DNA from: an uncultured Desulfospira sp.
GTDB lineage: Bacteria; Desulfobacterota; Desulfobacteria; Desulfobacterales; Desulfobacteraceae
Length of the DNA: 64,000 nt
Assembly (NCBI GenBank): GCA_963663165.1
Contig: OY760175.1
Location: forward strand, 3,168,001 to 3,232,000
Direction of reading: 5' to 3'
Positions 10,027 through 19,897 of this stretch are shown piece after piece (the stretch's first letter is position 1; every line of letters begins with the position of its first letter). The position numbers and the translations under genes are program-made. The notes beneath the pieces are model-generated. The model searched no databases and was not told where the DNA came from. It was given only the letters and a program-made list of their open reading frames with translations.

Positions 10027-10170
10027 ATTTTCTCCGAGTTATGCGAATTTTGGATTTGGAACGATCCCTCACACAACCACAATGTGATGTACCTGTATCA
10101 GGTCTGATCGAGTTGAGGCAATAAGAAAAAGCTGAATCCAGATTTCTTCAAAATTCCTTCAATATTTGTG

Positions 10171-10902
10171 TTACACCCGAGATGAACTATAAAACCGGGC
10201 CAGAAGCCGGGGATCCGCCCCCAGGGCATAAAGGCAAATCAGAATCCAGTTTCTCACGGTGGTATAAACAACCCCTTCTTGTTCCCACCGCCTGGCCGAA
10301 GTCGACAGGGCATGGTCAAGGAAAATAGGCCGGATTCTCTTTGCCTTGATCTTTTTCATGATCCCCACATCCTCCATGATGGGCACATCCGGGAAACCGC
10401 CGATGGCGTCAAACAGGGCCTTAGACATAAAAATCCCCTGGTCTCCGTAAGGAATTCGGGACAGCCTGGATCTTAAAGAAGCGGCTTTTTCAATAACACG
10501 AAATATTTGTTTTCCGGAGTTGATATGAAGATCAAAGGCACCGCAGAATCTGTGAAACGTTTTGTCTTTGGTTGAAGCTAAAGAACTGAACCTTTGGGCC
10601 ATCCGGTCAATGGCGGTTTGGTCCAAAACCGTATCCACATGTAGAAAAAAGAGCAGATCACCCGAGGCCTTTGCCGCACCGGCATTCATCTGAACGCCCC
10701 TGCCTTTTTCAGACTCAACCGGAATGACAAACGGGGGAAGGGAACGGCTTCTTTTTAGATGACTTAAGGTCGGGGCACCGGGTTCTCCGTCCACAATAAT
10801 GATCTCAACATCCCGGGGCAATTCAAGCCCCAGCAGCTGGTCCACCCTGGGACAGATTCTTAACGTCTCCCGGTATACCGGAATGATAATGGACAGTTTC
10901 AT
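10171..10902 (-). CDS. GT2 glycosyltransferase, TIGR04283-like (rSAM/selenodomain-associated transferase 2)
   Basis: LSIIIP, GRGVQMNAGA, LFFLHVDT, PYGDQGIF, GGFPDVPIMED, TSARRW. Confidence 0.85.
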   Translation of the reverse strand: MKLSIIIPVYRETLRICPRVDQLLGLELPRDVEIIIVDGEPGAPTLSHLKRSRSLPPFVIPVESEKGRGVQMNAGAAKASGDLLFFLHVDTVLDQTAIDRMAQRFSSLASTKDKTFHRFCGAFDLHINSGKQIFRVIEKAASLRSRLSRIPYGDQGIFMSKALFDAIGGFPDVPIMEDVGIMKKIKAKRIRPIFLDHALSTSARRWEQEGVVYTTVRNWILICLYALGADPRLLARFYSSSRV

Positions 10903-11170
10903 GCCCGCTGTTTACCACAGATTCCCGGCAAAAAACAGCCGCCATGTGAACAGCCCGGGTGAGGCTGTTTTTTTATGCCGAACGGGGGTTGATTTTCTTA
11001 AACAGGTTTTATAAATAAGGTCTTTGGAAAAAACTGCTTTTTGTCCGGTTTCATTTATGGATGGGGGATTAGCATTCTGGAATTGGCGTAAAACCGGCCA
11101 TATATTCAACCGGATGGGGTCATCCCATGGAAAAAATCCCGCAAAAAGACAATCAATTGAGGAAAGGCAA

Positions 11171-11557
11171 ATGACGGATCAGCTTTTATTGGAAAAGGTG
11201 TTTTCACAGGAATTTCTTGACGGACTGCTGCCCCCGGAAAAAAGTGACGATTTCTTTGAAGCGTTATACGGGGATGCTTCAGAAGGAGCCTATGATATCC
11301 GGCTGGTATGCCTTTCCCAGAGGGAAAACCGGGTGGTACTGGCCTTTAACCTGCTCCAGCGGCCGGGCAAGTGCCTGGTGTGCAGCCTGACCTACGGCCT
11401 GCCCAATGTATTCAACCGCCACCCTTTAATCAACCTCAAGGGGATGATCCAGAAAATCGAAGATGCCGGGGTTAAAGTCAAAAACTGGCGCCTTGGAAAT
11501 ACCGAAGAAAACAGCCGGGACCTGCACGTCATTCCCTTTTACCTGGATATTGAATAA
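11171..11557 (+). CDS. Conserved hypothetical protein with CxxC (PGKCLVCSLTYGLP)
   Basis: GAGGAAAGG RBS before ATG at 11171; host-like codon usage. Confidence 0.75.
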   Translation: MTDQLLLEKVFSQEFLDGLLPPEKSDDFFEALYGDASEGAYDIRLVCLSQRENRVVLAFNLLQRPGKCLVCSLTYGLPNVFNRHPLINLKGMIQKIEDAGVKVKNWRLGNTEENSRDLHVIPFYLDIE

Positions 11558-11594
11558 TATTTAACGGCTGGGCCAAACAGCCGCCTTAAAAAAC

Positions 11595-11635
11595 AAAGGG
11601 ATCAAAAACCTTGAAGCATGGTTTTTGATCCCTTT
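11595..11635. terminator. Bidirectional intrinsic terminator between convergent genes
   Basis: AAAGGGATCAAAAACC-N9-GGTTTTTGATCCCTTT. Confidence 0.75.
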
Positions 11636-11662
11636 CTTATTTTGTGCCCGGACGAAACCTCC

Positions 11663-11696
11663 GTGTTTGGACGGTTATGACTATCCGTTCAAACAC
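11663..11696. repeat. Minimal member of the GTGTTTGRAC-ended repeat family
   Basis: GTGTTTGGACGG-N10-CCGTTCAAACAC; same ends at 45128-45277 and 52140-52266. Confidence 0.65.
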
Positions 11697-12223
11697 TATT
11701 TAGGCAGCTTGGGAAATTCCTTGTTCAGAATCTTATTCCATCCATCAGCCTTGTCTTTGACCTTTTTTAGCAGTGCGCCGGTGTTGCCCTGAACGGTTAC
11801 CTTTTCGATGACATCTCCCTGGGCAATACTGTCCACCACTTTCTGGTCGTCTTCGCCTTCCACGCAGCCAAACACGGTGTGCATCCCGTCCAGGTGAGGG
11901 GTTGGGCCGTGGGTGATAAAAAACTGGCTGCCGTTGGTGCCGGGGCCGGCATTGGCCATGGACAGTATCCCGGGCCGGTCATGCTTGAGGTCTTTTTTGA
12001 ACTCATCCTCAAACTCGTACCCCGGACCGCCCATGCCGTTGCCCCAGGGGCAGCCGCCCTGGATCATGAAATCGGAAATCACCCGGTGAAATTTTAATCC
12101 ATTGTAGTACTCGCGCCTGGCAAGGTTCACAAAATTGCCGCAGGTGACGGGGGTCTTGTCTGCAAACAATTTGAGCCGGATGGTGCCCTTGCTGGTTTCC
12201 ATTATTGCTGTAAGATCTGCCAT
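11696..12223 (-). CDS. Cyclophilin-type peptidyl-prolyl cis-trans isomerase
   Basis: [43 protein letters not shown]. Confidence 0.97.
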   Translation of the reverse strand: MADLTAIMETSKGTIRLKLFADKTPVTCGNFVNLARREYYNGLKFHRVISDFMIQGGCPWGNGMGGPGYEFEDEFKKDLKHDRPGILSMANAGPGTNGSQFFITHGPTPHLDGMHTVFGCVEGEDDQKVVDSIAQGDVIEKVTVQGNTGALLKKVKDKADGWNKILNKEFPKLPK

Positions 12224-12450
12224 GTCTGTCTCCTTTTTTGATTTACAAGGCTGAAGGGATTTAGGCTGAAGGCTGTTAGGGCTTCAAATCCTGACCGTTC
12301 AGTGTTTTCAACGTTTATTTTGAGCCGGTTCCTGGCGGAAAAGCCAATCCGGCCCGGTGTCTGACCTTTGGGGGTACGCCGTTACTGAAATAAAATCCCT
12401 TTGAAAATAAAGCGTTGTTCAGAAATGTCAAATTTAGACTGAAGGCCGAA

Positions 12451-12752
12451 CAGAGCAATCGCGTGTAAAAAAATTATCCTCGATGGTTTTTATTTACATA
12501 TGCATTCAAGGCCCGCCCCTCTGTGGTGTTTGGCGTAAGCCAGACCTCTGTACCTCTCTGTGGTTTAAAACAAGAAATCCCGAAGGGGTTGAATTATTCT
12601 TCTTTAACCTCCTGGTTTTATAAATTGTGGGCTTCGCCCACTCTTTAAATTTAACCACAGAGGGGCACAGAGAAACACAGAGTTTCAGTGCTGCGCACTG
12701 AAATTGCATTCGGTAAGCTTAAACAATGGGAAAGTTACATGCGATTGCCCTG
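12451..12752. mobile_element. 302-bp MITE with ISAs1-type 18-bp terminal inverted repeats
   Basis: CAGAGCAATCGCGTGTAA ... TTACATGCGATTGCCCTG, flanked by a 10-bp duplication GAAGGCCGAA/GAAGGCTGAA. Second copy at 29806-30330. Confidence 0.85.
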
Positions 12753-12837
12753 GAAGGCTGAAGGCGTTTAGGGTGAAGAATTCTAATTCCTATGGTCCTA
12801 TCAATCTTCAGCCTTCAGCCTATCCACCTTCTTCGGC

Positions 12838-15039
12838 CTATCTGCCTGCCAGCCTCTTGCCAAGCCAGCTTTGGTACCGGCACATGCCCGCCAGGGCCTT
12901 CACGGCCCGTTCCGGGGAAGGAAAGCAAACGGCCTTGTACCGTGTATCCGGATACCGGTAAAGGGTCCGGCTCTCCTCATCGGTCAGGAGACTGACCCCT
13001 AACACCGGTTTTTCATATTTTTGGGTTAAATCCACCACATACCGGATATATTCCTTTTCCGTTTCAAGCATGCTCTTTTTGAAGGCCTCCCCCTGGGCCT
13101 TTGAAACAGCCGGGTCTGACCGGTATACAGAATTGACCAGATTGTTGAGCAGAATTCTCTGGCCATGGACCCCCAAATGGATCACGGCGTCGCACCCGTC
13201 CCACATGAGCAGCTCTTCCAGGCTGGCCTTGGAGACTTCAAGACTGGTTTCTCCCACCAGGTCCACAGGGTTGCCATGGCTCCAGTAATCGGGCAGCACC
13301 TTGTTGAGCCGGTCAACGATATTACCAGACAGGGAAGGGATTTCAAGGCCGTGTTCGGTACACAGATCCGAGGCAATGACCCCCCATCCCCCGCCAAGGG
13401 TCATGATGGCCACCCGGTTTCCTTTGGGCAGGGGCAGGGATGAAAACACAGCGGAAAGGTCTAACAGTTCCATGGGCTGTGACACCTGGATAATCCCGGC
13501 CTGGCGGCATGCGGCATTGAAGACACCGGCATCCGAAGCCATGGCCCCGGTATGGCTGGACGCAGCCTTTTCTCCCATCCGGGTCCGCCCCCCTTTCAGG
13601 ACCACCACCGGCTTTTTCCCCGACAGCCGCCGGGCGCTTTCCAGAAACCGCCGGCCGTTTTTAACACTTTCGATATAAAGCACCACTGTCTTTGTCAGTT
13701 CATCAACCTCGAAGGCTTCCATATAATCTTCAATGGTCACCATGGCCTCATTGCCTGATCCTGAGAACGCCCTGATCCCGATGTCCTGCTGCTCGGCAAA
13801 GGCCAGCAGCTGGGTTCCCATGTTGCCGGACTGGCAGACCAGGGCCGTGGACCCGGCCAGAGGATAGGCATGGGCCGCCGTACAGTAAAACTGGGCATGG
13901 GGATTGCAAACGCCCATGGTATTGGGCCCCAGCACCAGAATCCCGGCTTCCCGGGCCTTTTCCACCACTTGCCTTTCCAGTGTTTCCCCCTCTTTTCCCA
14001 CTTCCCTGAACCCCGAGGTGATCAACAGCATCCCTTTAACGTTTTTGGCCTTAAGTTCCGGGATAATGTCCAATACCCGGGAGGCTGGAATGGTCACCAC
14101 GGCCAGATCGATATCCTCTTCAATCTCAGTCACGGAAGTAAAGGCCTTTTGCCCTAAAAGGATACCGCCTTTGGGGTTGACCAGAAACACCTTGCCCTTA
14201 AAGTCCCGGGACAGGGTGCTGGCGGGCAGCATATGGCCCCATTTGCCGGGGGTGTTGGAGGCGCCCACAAATGCAATGGACTGGGGATAAAAACAGATAT
14301 TGAACGCTTTAAGGTTCGCGGGCCGGACAGGGGCATGGCCTTCTTTGGGGGCGTCAAGCACCACCAGACCGTCCACGGCCACCGGGCTGCCGTCGGGCTG
14401 GACAATCAGGGGATTAATGTCGATCTCCTTTATTTCAGGACAGGCCAGGGCCATATGGGAAAGCCCGCTTAACACCGCTTTAAGGCTCTGGATGTCGGCA
14501 TTTTTTTCTCCCCTGAAAGGGCCCAGCAATTTTCTGGAGACAAGGCCTTTGAGCATATCCTCAATATCGGCATCGCTCAGGGGGGCAACCCTCATGACCA
14601 CATCTTTGAGGGCCTCGGTAAAAATCCCCCCAAGGCCGAACATGATCACAGGCCCGAACTGGGGATCACGGAACATCCCGGCGGTAAATTCACGCTTTCC
14701 CTTTATCATGGGCTGGATCAGAAAATATTCAGGGGACGGGGATGCCGTGGCGGCCATGTCCTCCATTTCAGCTGCCAGAGCCTCTGGACTGGCGATGGCC
14801 AGCCGGACCAGCCCGGACTCGGTTTTATGGGCCATGCCCGGGCAAATCCCCTTTAAAACCACCGGGAATGACAACCCTTTGGTCTTTGCTGCCGCTTTGT
14901 TGGCGGTACGGCAGACCATTTCCTCAACCACCGGGATCTGAAACCATGAAAAAATCTTCTTGGCGTCATCTTCATCTAAAACCGTTACCCCTGCCTCTAA
15001 TTTTGCCCTGATTAAATTTTGGGTCTCATCCGTGTTCAT
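12838..15039 (-). CDS. ADP-forming acetate/acyl-CoA ligase, beta-alpha fusion
   Basis: ATP-grasp domain (AHKTESG, DPQFGPVIMFGLGG, EIDINPL) then CoA-binding domain (VGAS..PGKWG, GPNTMG, QSG, SSHTGAMA, NPVDL). Confidence 0.92.
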   Translation of the reverse strand: MNTDETQNLIRAKLEAGVTVLDEDDAKKIFSWFQIPVVEEMVCRTANKAAAKTKGLSFPVVLKGICPGMAHKTESGLVRLAIASPEALAAEMEDMAATASPSPEYFLIQPMIKGKREFTAGMFRDPQFGPVIMFGLGGIFTEALKDVVMRVAPLSDADIEDMLKGLVSRKLLGPFRGEKNADIQSLKAVLSGLSHMALACPEIKEIDINPLIVQPDGSPVAVDGLVVLDAPKEGHAPVRPANLKAFNICFYPQSIAFVGASNTPGKWGHMLPASTLSRDFKGKVFLVNPKGGILLGQKAFTSVTEIEEDIDLAVVTIPASRVLDIIPELKAKNVKGMLLITSGFREVGKEGETLERQVVEKAREAGILVLGPNTMGVCNPHAQFYCTAAHAYPLAGSTALVCQSGNMGTQLLAFAEQQDIGIRAFSGSGNEAMVTIEDYMEAFEVDELTKTVVLYIESVKNGRRFLESARRLSGKKPVVVLKGGRTRMGEKAASSHTGAMASDAGVFNAACRQAGIIQVSQPMELLDLSAVFSSLPLPKGNRVAIMTLGGGWGVIASDLCTEHGLEIPSLSGNIVDRLNKVLPDYWSHGNPVDLVGETSLEVSKASLEELLMWDGCDAVIHLGVHGQRILLNNLVNSVYRSDPAVSKAQGEAFKKSMLETEKEYIRYVVDLTQKYEKPVLGVSLLTDEESRTLYRYPDTRYKAVCFPSPERAVKALAGMCRYQSWLGKRLAGR

Positions 15040-15633
15040 TTAAGCCTTTACCCCGTTGAAAATAATGTTGGCAATTTCCCTTGACACTTTTTTGACATCC
15101 ACGTCCCTGCCAAAAATGATCTCGCCTAAGCAGGCATGTTCAATGGCCCCCATGATCAGGCGCCGCAGCACGCGGGCGTCGGTATCGGGTTTTAAATGCC
15201 CTTGTTCAATTCCCTGTTCAATGATCTCAAGAAGGACCCGGGCATATTCCTGCACCATGCCATAGGCGCAGGATTCAAAATACGCCGGAGAGTTCCTGAC
15301 CTCCAGCAGCAGAATTTTTGCCAGGACCCGGTTGGCCGCATAGCTTTCAAGGCTGGTGAGAATCATCACCTGAAGTCTGTCCAGGCAGTTTTCCTTTTCA
15401 GACAGGCGGGTTACGATCTTTTCTTGAAAAAAAACAAAGTGTTCGTTAAGCACCTGATACAACAGGTCCTTTTTATCTTTGAAATACTTGTAGATCAGCC
15501 CTTCCGTCACCCCGGCGGTTTCAGAGATTTCAGCTGTTGTAATGGCGTTGAACTCTTTGGTTTTCATCAGCCCGGAAAGGGCTTTCATGATTTTGATTCT
15601 TCCCGGCGGATTGGTGTTCCCTTTGTGTCTCAT
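15040..15633 (-). CDS. TetR/AcrR family transcriptional regulator
   Basis: ITTAEISETAGVTEGLIYKYFKDKKDL helix-turn-helix; abuts the ligase gene. Confidence 0.92.
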   Translation of the reverse strand: MRHKGNTNPPGRIKIMKALSGLMKTKEFNAITTAEISETAGVTEGLIYKYFKDKKDLLYQVLNEHFVFFQEKIVTRLSEKENCLDRLQVMILTSLESYAANRVLAKILLLEVRNSPAYFESCAYGMVQEYARVLLEIIEQGIEQGHLKPDTDARVLRRLIMGAIEHACLGEIIFGRDVDVKKVSREIANIIFNGVKA

Positions 15634-15673
15634 AATGAATTCTCTGCCCTGCTTGATCTGCCTCAATAAAAAG

Positions 15674-15711
15674 GTAAGTAACACTTACTCACAAAAACAA
15701 ATAAATGTCAA
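15674..15711 (-). promoter_or_regulatory. Sigma70-type promoter with probable TetR operator
   Basis: Minus-strand TTGACA at 15711-15706; perfect IR GTAAGT-AAC-ACTTAC (15674-15688) over the -10 region. Confidence 0.55.
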
Positions 15712-15804
15712 GTACGGATATTTGGGAACCCAAGGGAGACCGGATGCACAATCCCCTGCGGAATCGCAAAACCGGTCTCCCGTTTCCGGTCTCCATTCTT
15801 TACA

Positions 15805-16419
15805 TTACGCCCGGATGGGAAAAATCGCGAAGATGGTGGTGGTCCATATGCAGTGGGATACGATCAAAGGGCCCAGGCGCCCCAGGCGCCAGTACATAAA
15901 TCCCCAGAAAAGCCCGGCCACGGCTGCCGCGCCGATGAGCATGAAATTTAAAGCACACAGGTGTATGGCCGTATAAAAAAAAGCGGCGGCAAGCCACCCT
16001 CTAAGCCCGCCTAACCGCCGGGACAGCCGCTCCTGCACAAAGCCGCGCCAGAAAATCTCCTCACACGGGCCGGTAATGAAAAAAAGCAGCAGGCAGATCA
16101 GCCATGCCGGCGTACCATCGCCTTTGGCATAGATGCTGCCTACCTGGGACACGGCAAAGGGAAAAAGCCATTTGCTGACAAGGTCCCCTATAAAGAAAAT
16201 GGCGTACAGCACTGCCGCAGACCCCGCTCCCCAGACAAGATCCCCTGGCCGGAACCGGAACCATTGACCGGGGCCAAACCCGAAAAAAGCTGCCAAAACG
16301 CTCAGACACAGGGCCGAGGCACTGATTTTTATCCAGAAGTTTCCCCACCCCACGGCAAAAGAAAAAAACCAGAGAACAAACGCGGCACCGATGCAGATGG
16401 CCAGCTGTTTTGTCTTCAC
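15805..16419 (-). CDS. CPBP (CAAX/Abi) family intramembrane metalloprotease
   Basis: EEIFWRG, FYTAIH, SHCIW; hydrophobic. Confidence 0.9.
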   Translation of the reverse strand: MKTKQLAICIGAAFVLWFFSFAVGWGNFWIKISASALCLSVLAAFFGFGPGQWFRFRPGDLVWGAGSAAVLYAIFFIGDLVSKWLFPFAVSQVGSIYAKGDGTPAWLICLLLFFITGPCEEIFWRGFVQERLSRRLGGLRGWLAAAFFYTAIHLCALNFMLIGAAAVAGLFWGFMYWRLGRLGPLIVSHCIWTTTIFAIFPIRA

Positions 16420-17315
16420 AGGAGAAACACCTTGTCCAGCAGGATTGAAATCAACAGCAGGCCCCCAAAAGCGGTATCGAATTTCGCTGTCCTGGCATCG
16501 GCATCCGACGGTGCTGTTCCGGAAAACATTCTAAAAACAGGCCAGGCCAGGGGAAGGGACAACATTACCAGCAAAGACCAGGGCGACAGGGGGCCTAAAA
16601 CCGACATGGCCACAATGGCAAAAAAGGATCCGGCCACCAGGCCTAAAAACAATTTTTTACCCTTGTCATACCCCATGCGTACGGAAATGGTGGATATGTT
16701 CTGCTGCCGGTCGTATTCCGTATCCCGCAGGTTGTTGGCCAGAAGCACCAGGCTCACCAGAAGCCCTAAGGGGATGGAAACCAGGGCCAGGGACCAGGAC
16801 AGGTGCTGCATCTGGACAAAATACGCCCCCTGCATGGCCAAGGGCCCCCAGATTAAAAAAACCAGGGGCTCGCCAAGGGTATGGTATTTAAGACTGATTG
16901 GCGGGGCCGTATAAATCAACCCTAAAAAAACCCCGGCAAGGCCAAAGGCCAGTACGGCCAGTCCCCTGGTAACGGTAAGCCAGATGCCAATGCCAATCCC
17001 CAGAGCATATAACAAAGCCGCCGCCGCCAGCACATGGCCAAGATTGATGTCATCAAAGGCCAGGGGATGGGGCCGGTATTGGGTTGTGGGAGCGTTGGGC
17101 ACATCCACCCGGTTTTTAACGTCAAAATAATCGTTCATCAGATTGGACGCCCCGTGGATGCAGATCATGGCCATCAGGGCCGCCAGGCACAGACCTAAAG
17201 AAAACCCCTGGCCGATGGCCCAGAAACTGCCGGCAAAAACAGATATGACACTCATGGTAAACGACCAGGGCCGGGTGGCCAGGATAAGATCCCTGTGCAA
17301 CTTTTTCATTTTCAA
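16416..17315 (-). CDS. menA: 1,4-dihydroxy-2-naphthoate polyprenyltransferase (UbiA family)
   Basis: ATRPWSF, NLMNDYFD, YTAPPISLKY..LGE, LLANNLRD...D. Confidence 0.85.
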   Translation of the reverse strand: MKMKKLHRDLILATRPWSFTMSVISVFAGSFWAIGQGFSLGLCLAALMAMICIHGASNLMNDYFDVKNRVDVPNAPTTQYRPHPLAFDDINLGHVLAAAALLYALGIGIGIWLTVTRGLAVLAFGLAGVFLGLIYTAPPISLKYHTLGEPLVFLIWGPLAMQGAYFVQMQHLSWSLALVSIPLGLLVSLVLLANNLRDTEYDRQQNISTISVRMGYDKGKKLFLGLVAGSFFAIVAMSVLGPLSPWSLLVMLSLPLAWPVFRMFSGTAPSDADARTAKFDTAFGGLLLISILLDKVFLL

Positions 17316-17491
17316 TCCCCCTTCTTTAATGATCCATCCAGAATCAACGGCGGCGGCAAGACTTCCTGCACCACAGCCAATAGACGATTTTTCGTTTAGA
17401 CCCTACTTAGAATAAGGGGAGTGATGTTGTCAATCAGATTAAGCCTTCAGGCCCGTTTACCCCCACCCACAGGAGATCCCCTTATACCGGG

Positions 17492-18985
17492 TTAGGGCAA
17501 CCCCCTCGAATTCCGTGCGGTTTGGGGAACCACCCTTGGGATTTTAATTGAAAACTTTGTTCCCCGGTCCTTGGAGGACTTGACCTTGATCTCCCCTCTG
17601 TGCTGGCTGATCACCTTATTGGCGATGTAAAGCCCTAAGCCGGTGCCCTTGTTCCCTTTAGAGGAAAAGAAAATGGTAAAAATATTTCTTAAGGTTTGTT
17701 CATCCATGCCCTGGCCATCATCCTGGATGGTAAACACCACCTTTTCTTTGTCTGCCCGGGCATGAAACAAGATCTTATGTTTTTTGGCTTCCTGATCATC
17801 CACACAGGCCTCTATCCCGTTTTCCAAAATATTGACCATTGCCGACTGAAGGCTGGGTTCGTCCACCTCAAACATCTCATCTTCGGTCAGTATCTCAAGT
17901 TTATGCTCAAGGCAAATCCGGTTTCTTTTGGCCTTGTTTGAAACAATTTTCAAAGTGCTTTCAAAAAAATCCTCGACCGAAACACTGCGCCACTCCATCT
18001 TTCTTGTCTTGGTATAATAAAGGATGTCCATGACCAGCTTTTTTATCCTGGCCGTCATCTGCCGGGACTGGAGAAACCCCTCTTTAACCTTGTCCCGGTT
18101 ATGGTTTTCCAGCCCCTTTTCCATCAGATAGATCCCCCCGTCCAGGCTGGTCAAAAGCCCTTTGATGCCGTGAGAAATAGAGCCGATCATAAATCCAAGG
18201 GAGGTCAGATGATCTTCGAGCCGGCGGACTTCAGTGATATCCGTGAGCATGACCATGGCCTGGTCAACCTTGCCCTGCATATTTTTAATGGGGGCGGTCC
18301 AGCACAACACCACATATTTTACCCCGTCCGAGGATATGATTTCCATTTCAGAGGAATGATTGGTTCCGTCTTTGATGGTTTTTTCCAGAGGGCAGTTGGA
18401 ACAGGGCTCGTCCCGGTTTTTTAAAATGCCGAAACAATAGGATCCCGTGTGATTTCCAAAGTATTCCTTAAATTTTTTATTGCAGTCCGTGATCTGGTAA
18501 TCCTTGTCCCGGACATAAGTAAAACAGGGGACCTCGTCAAACAGCTGCTGGTAATTTTTTTTGGACCGGGCATACCGGCTCTGGTAACAGGTGTCGTTAA
18601 AACAGACATGCTGCTCCAGGCAATTTCTTTCTATGGACCGGTTAATATAAAAATCCAGGGTCCGGGCTGTGGCCGGCAGGGTAAAAAAATCCGATGCCCC
18701 GCTCCTTAAGGTCTTCACCCCCGTATCGAGCATATCCCGGGTCACGGCGGCAATGATTTCTTTATCCGGTTCATTTTTTGTAATCTGTGAAATTTGTTCC
18801 AGGCAGTCCTGTTTTTCTTTTTTAAGAAACAGGATAACGATATCGGGCTGGGTTCGTTGCTTGGGGAAATCTAATTCCCGGGCCGAATCAATGGAGTGAA
18901 ACTCCATATATGAATAAAACTTGGATTTTTCAAGATCGGGAATGTCACCCGGGGCATAGTTTATCAGTTCAATGGTTTGAATCAT
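17492..18985 (-). CDS. Sensor histidine kinase with degenerate receiver and PAS domains
   Basis: GASDFFTLP receiver remnant; PAS with CFG..RDEPCSNCP; H-box SISHGIKG; N-box NILENGIEA; DDGQGM and GTGLGL. Confidence 0.88.
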   Translation of the reverse strand: MIQTIELINYAPGDIPDLEKSKFYSYMEFHSIDSARELDFPKQRTQPDIVILFLKKEKQDCLEQISQITKNEPDKEIIAAVTRDMLDTGVKTLRSGASDFFTLPATARTLDFYINRSIERNCLEQHVCFNDTCYQSRYARSKKNYQQLFDEVPCFTYVRDKDYQITDCNKKFKEYFGNHTGSYCFGILKNRDEPCSNCPLEKTIKDGTNHSSEMEIISSDGVKYVVLCWTAPIKNMQGKVDQAMVMLTDITEVRRLEDHLTSLGFMIGSISHGIKGLLTSLDGGIYLMEKGLENHNRDKVKEGFLQSRQMTARIKKLVMDILYYTKTRKMEWRSVSVEDFFESTLKIVSNKAKRNRICLEHKLEILTEDEMFEVDEPSLQSAMVNILENGIEACVDDQEAKKHKILFHARADKEKVVFTIQDDGQGMDEQTLRNIFTIFFSSKGNKGTGLGLYIANKVISQHRGEIKVKSSKDRGTKFSIKIPRVVPQTARNSRGLP

Positions 18986-19360
18986 CTGTCTTCCTTTAAC
19001 GGCCGTCCCCTGAAGGGCCGGCACCGGCCCGGTCATTCAATCAAAGCCGCGCCGCAACACGCATTGAAAGTCACTGCAGCATCTGTCTTGAGACTTTCAT
19101 CTTCACTGTTCTTACCAGATCACCCCGCCGGCTTTCTGCCGACGGGGTGAACCCATGAAAAGCACTATAAAACAACTGCCCAAAAAATGCTACCTGCCTG
19201 AAGCCGGGGGGTTTTGACTTTTTACAGGACCATTTGGCCGGATCATGCTCAAAATAAGCCTGAGAGAATAAAAAAATAATTTCAACCGGGGTTTTACCAA
19301 TCATGGGATCACGCCCGCTGCCACTATCGGTGGTATCAAACTATAACATCCTAAAATATC

Positions 19361-19392
19361 TTGACACGAGCCTTAAGGTTGCGTACACAACT
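19361..19392 (+). promoter_or_regulatory. Promoter and palindromic operator upstream of marR
   Basis: TTGACA at 19361; GTTG-CGTACA-CAAC IR at 19378-19391, just before the ATG. Confidence 0.45.
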
Positions 19393-19396
19393 ATTT

Positions 19397-19846
19397 ATGA
19401 CCTTTTCATATAACCACAAAACATCCCTGGGATATCTGACCGGCATCGCCAGCCGGCGGCTGAGTCACACCCTTGCCCTTCGGTTTCAGGCCGAAGGGAT
19501 CGACATGACCGCCGAACAATGGGGGACCATTCTCATTTTGCTTAACGGTGATGCCGTGACCCAGGCACAGATCGGCGCCCACCTGCTCCTGGAAAAATCC
19601 AGTGTCAGCCGCCTGCTTGACGGGCTTGAACGGCGGGGCTGGATCACCCGGACCCGGGATCTGAAAGACAGCCGGCAGAAACGGGTCTCCCCGACGCCCA
19701 AGGTTTTTAAAACCGCCGAACGGTGTGCCGTGATTGCGGAAAAGGTGATTGAAGAGGCCCTGGGCGGCATGACTGGACAAGAGAAAGCAAACTGTCTGTT
19801 GCTATTGACACGCATCATAGCCAACCTGACCCCGCAGGATAAATAG
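19397..19846 (+). CDS. MarR family transcriptional regulator
   Basis: MTAEQW, EKSSVSRLLDGLERRGWITR..DLKDSRQKRV. Confidence 0.92.
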   Translation: MTFSYNHKTSLGYLTGIASRRLSHTLALRFQAEGIDMTAEQWGTILILLNGDAVTQAQIGAHLLLEKSSVSRLLDGLERRGWITRTRDLKDSRQKRVSPTPKVFKTAERCAVIAEKVIEEALGGMTGQEKANCLLLLTRIIANLTPQDK

Positions 19847-19897
19847 CCCCCCCAAAAACATCCATAAGGCGGCATACACAACAATAAAGGAGGCACA

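Noticed and set aside
12506..12961. Short ORFs in the MITE and heptamer regions (also 27927-28516 and 29982-30185)
   Set aside because: Low-complexity translations of repeats with no RBS or recognisable domain
19095..19165. GC-rich hairpin upstream of the histidine kinase as a riboswitch
   Set aside because: A single stem (CACCCCG..CGGGGTG) with no recognisable aptamer consensus
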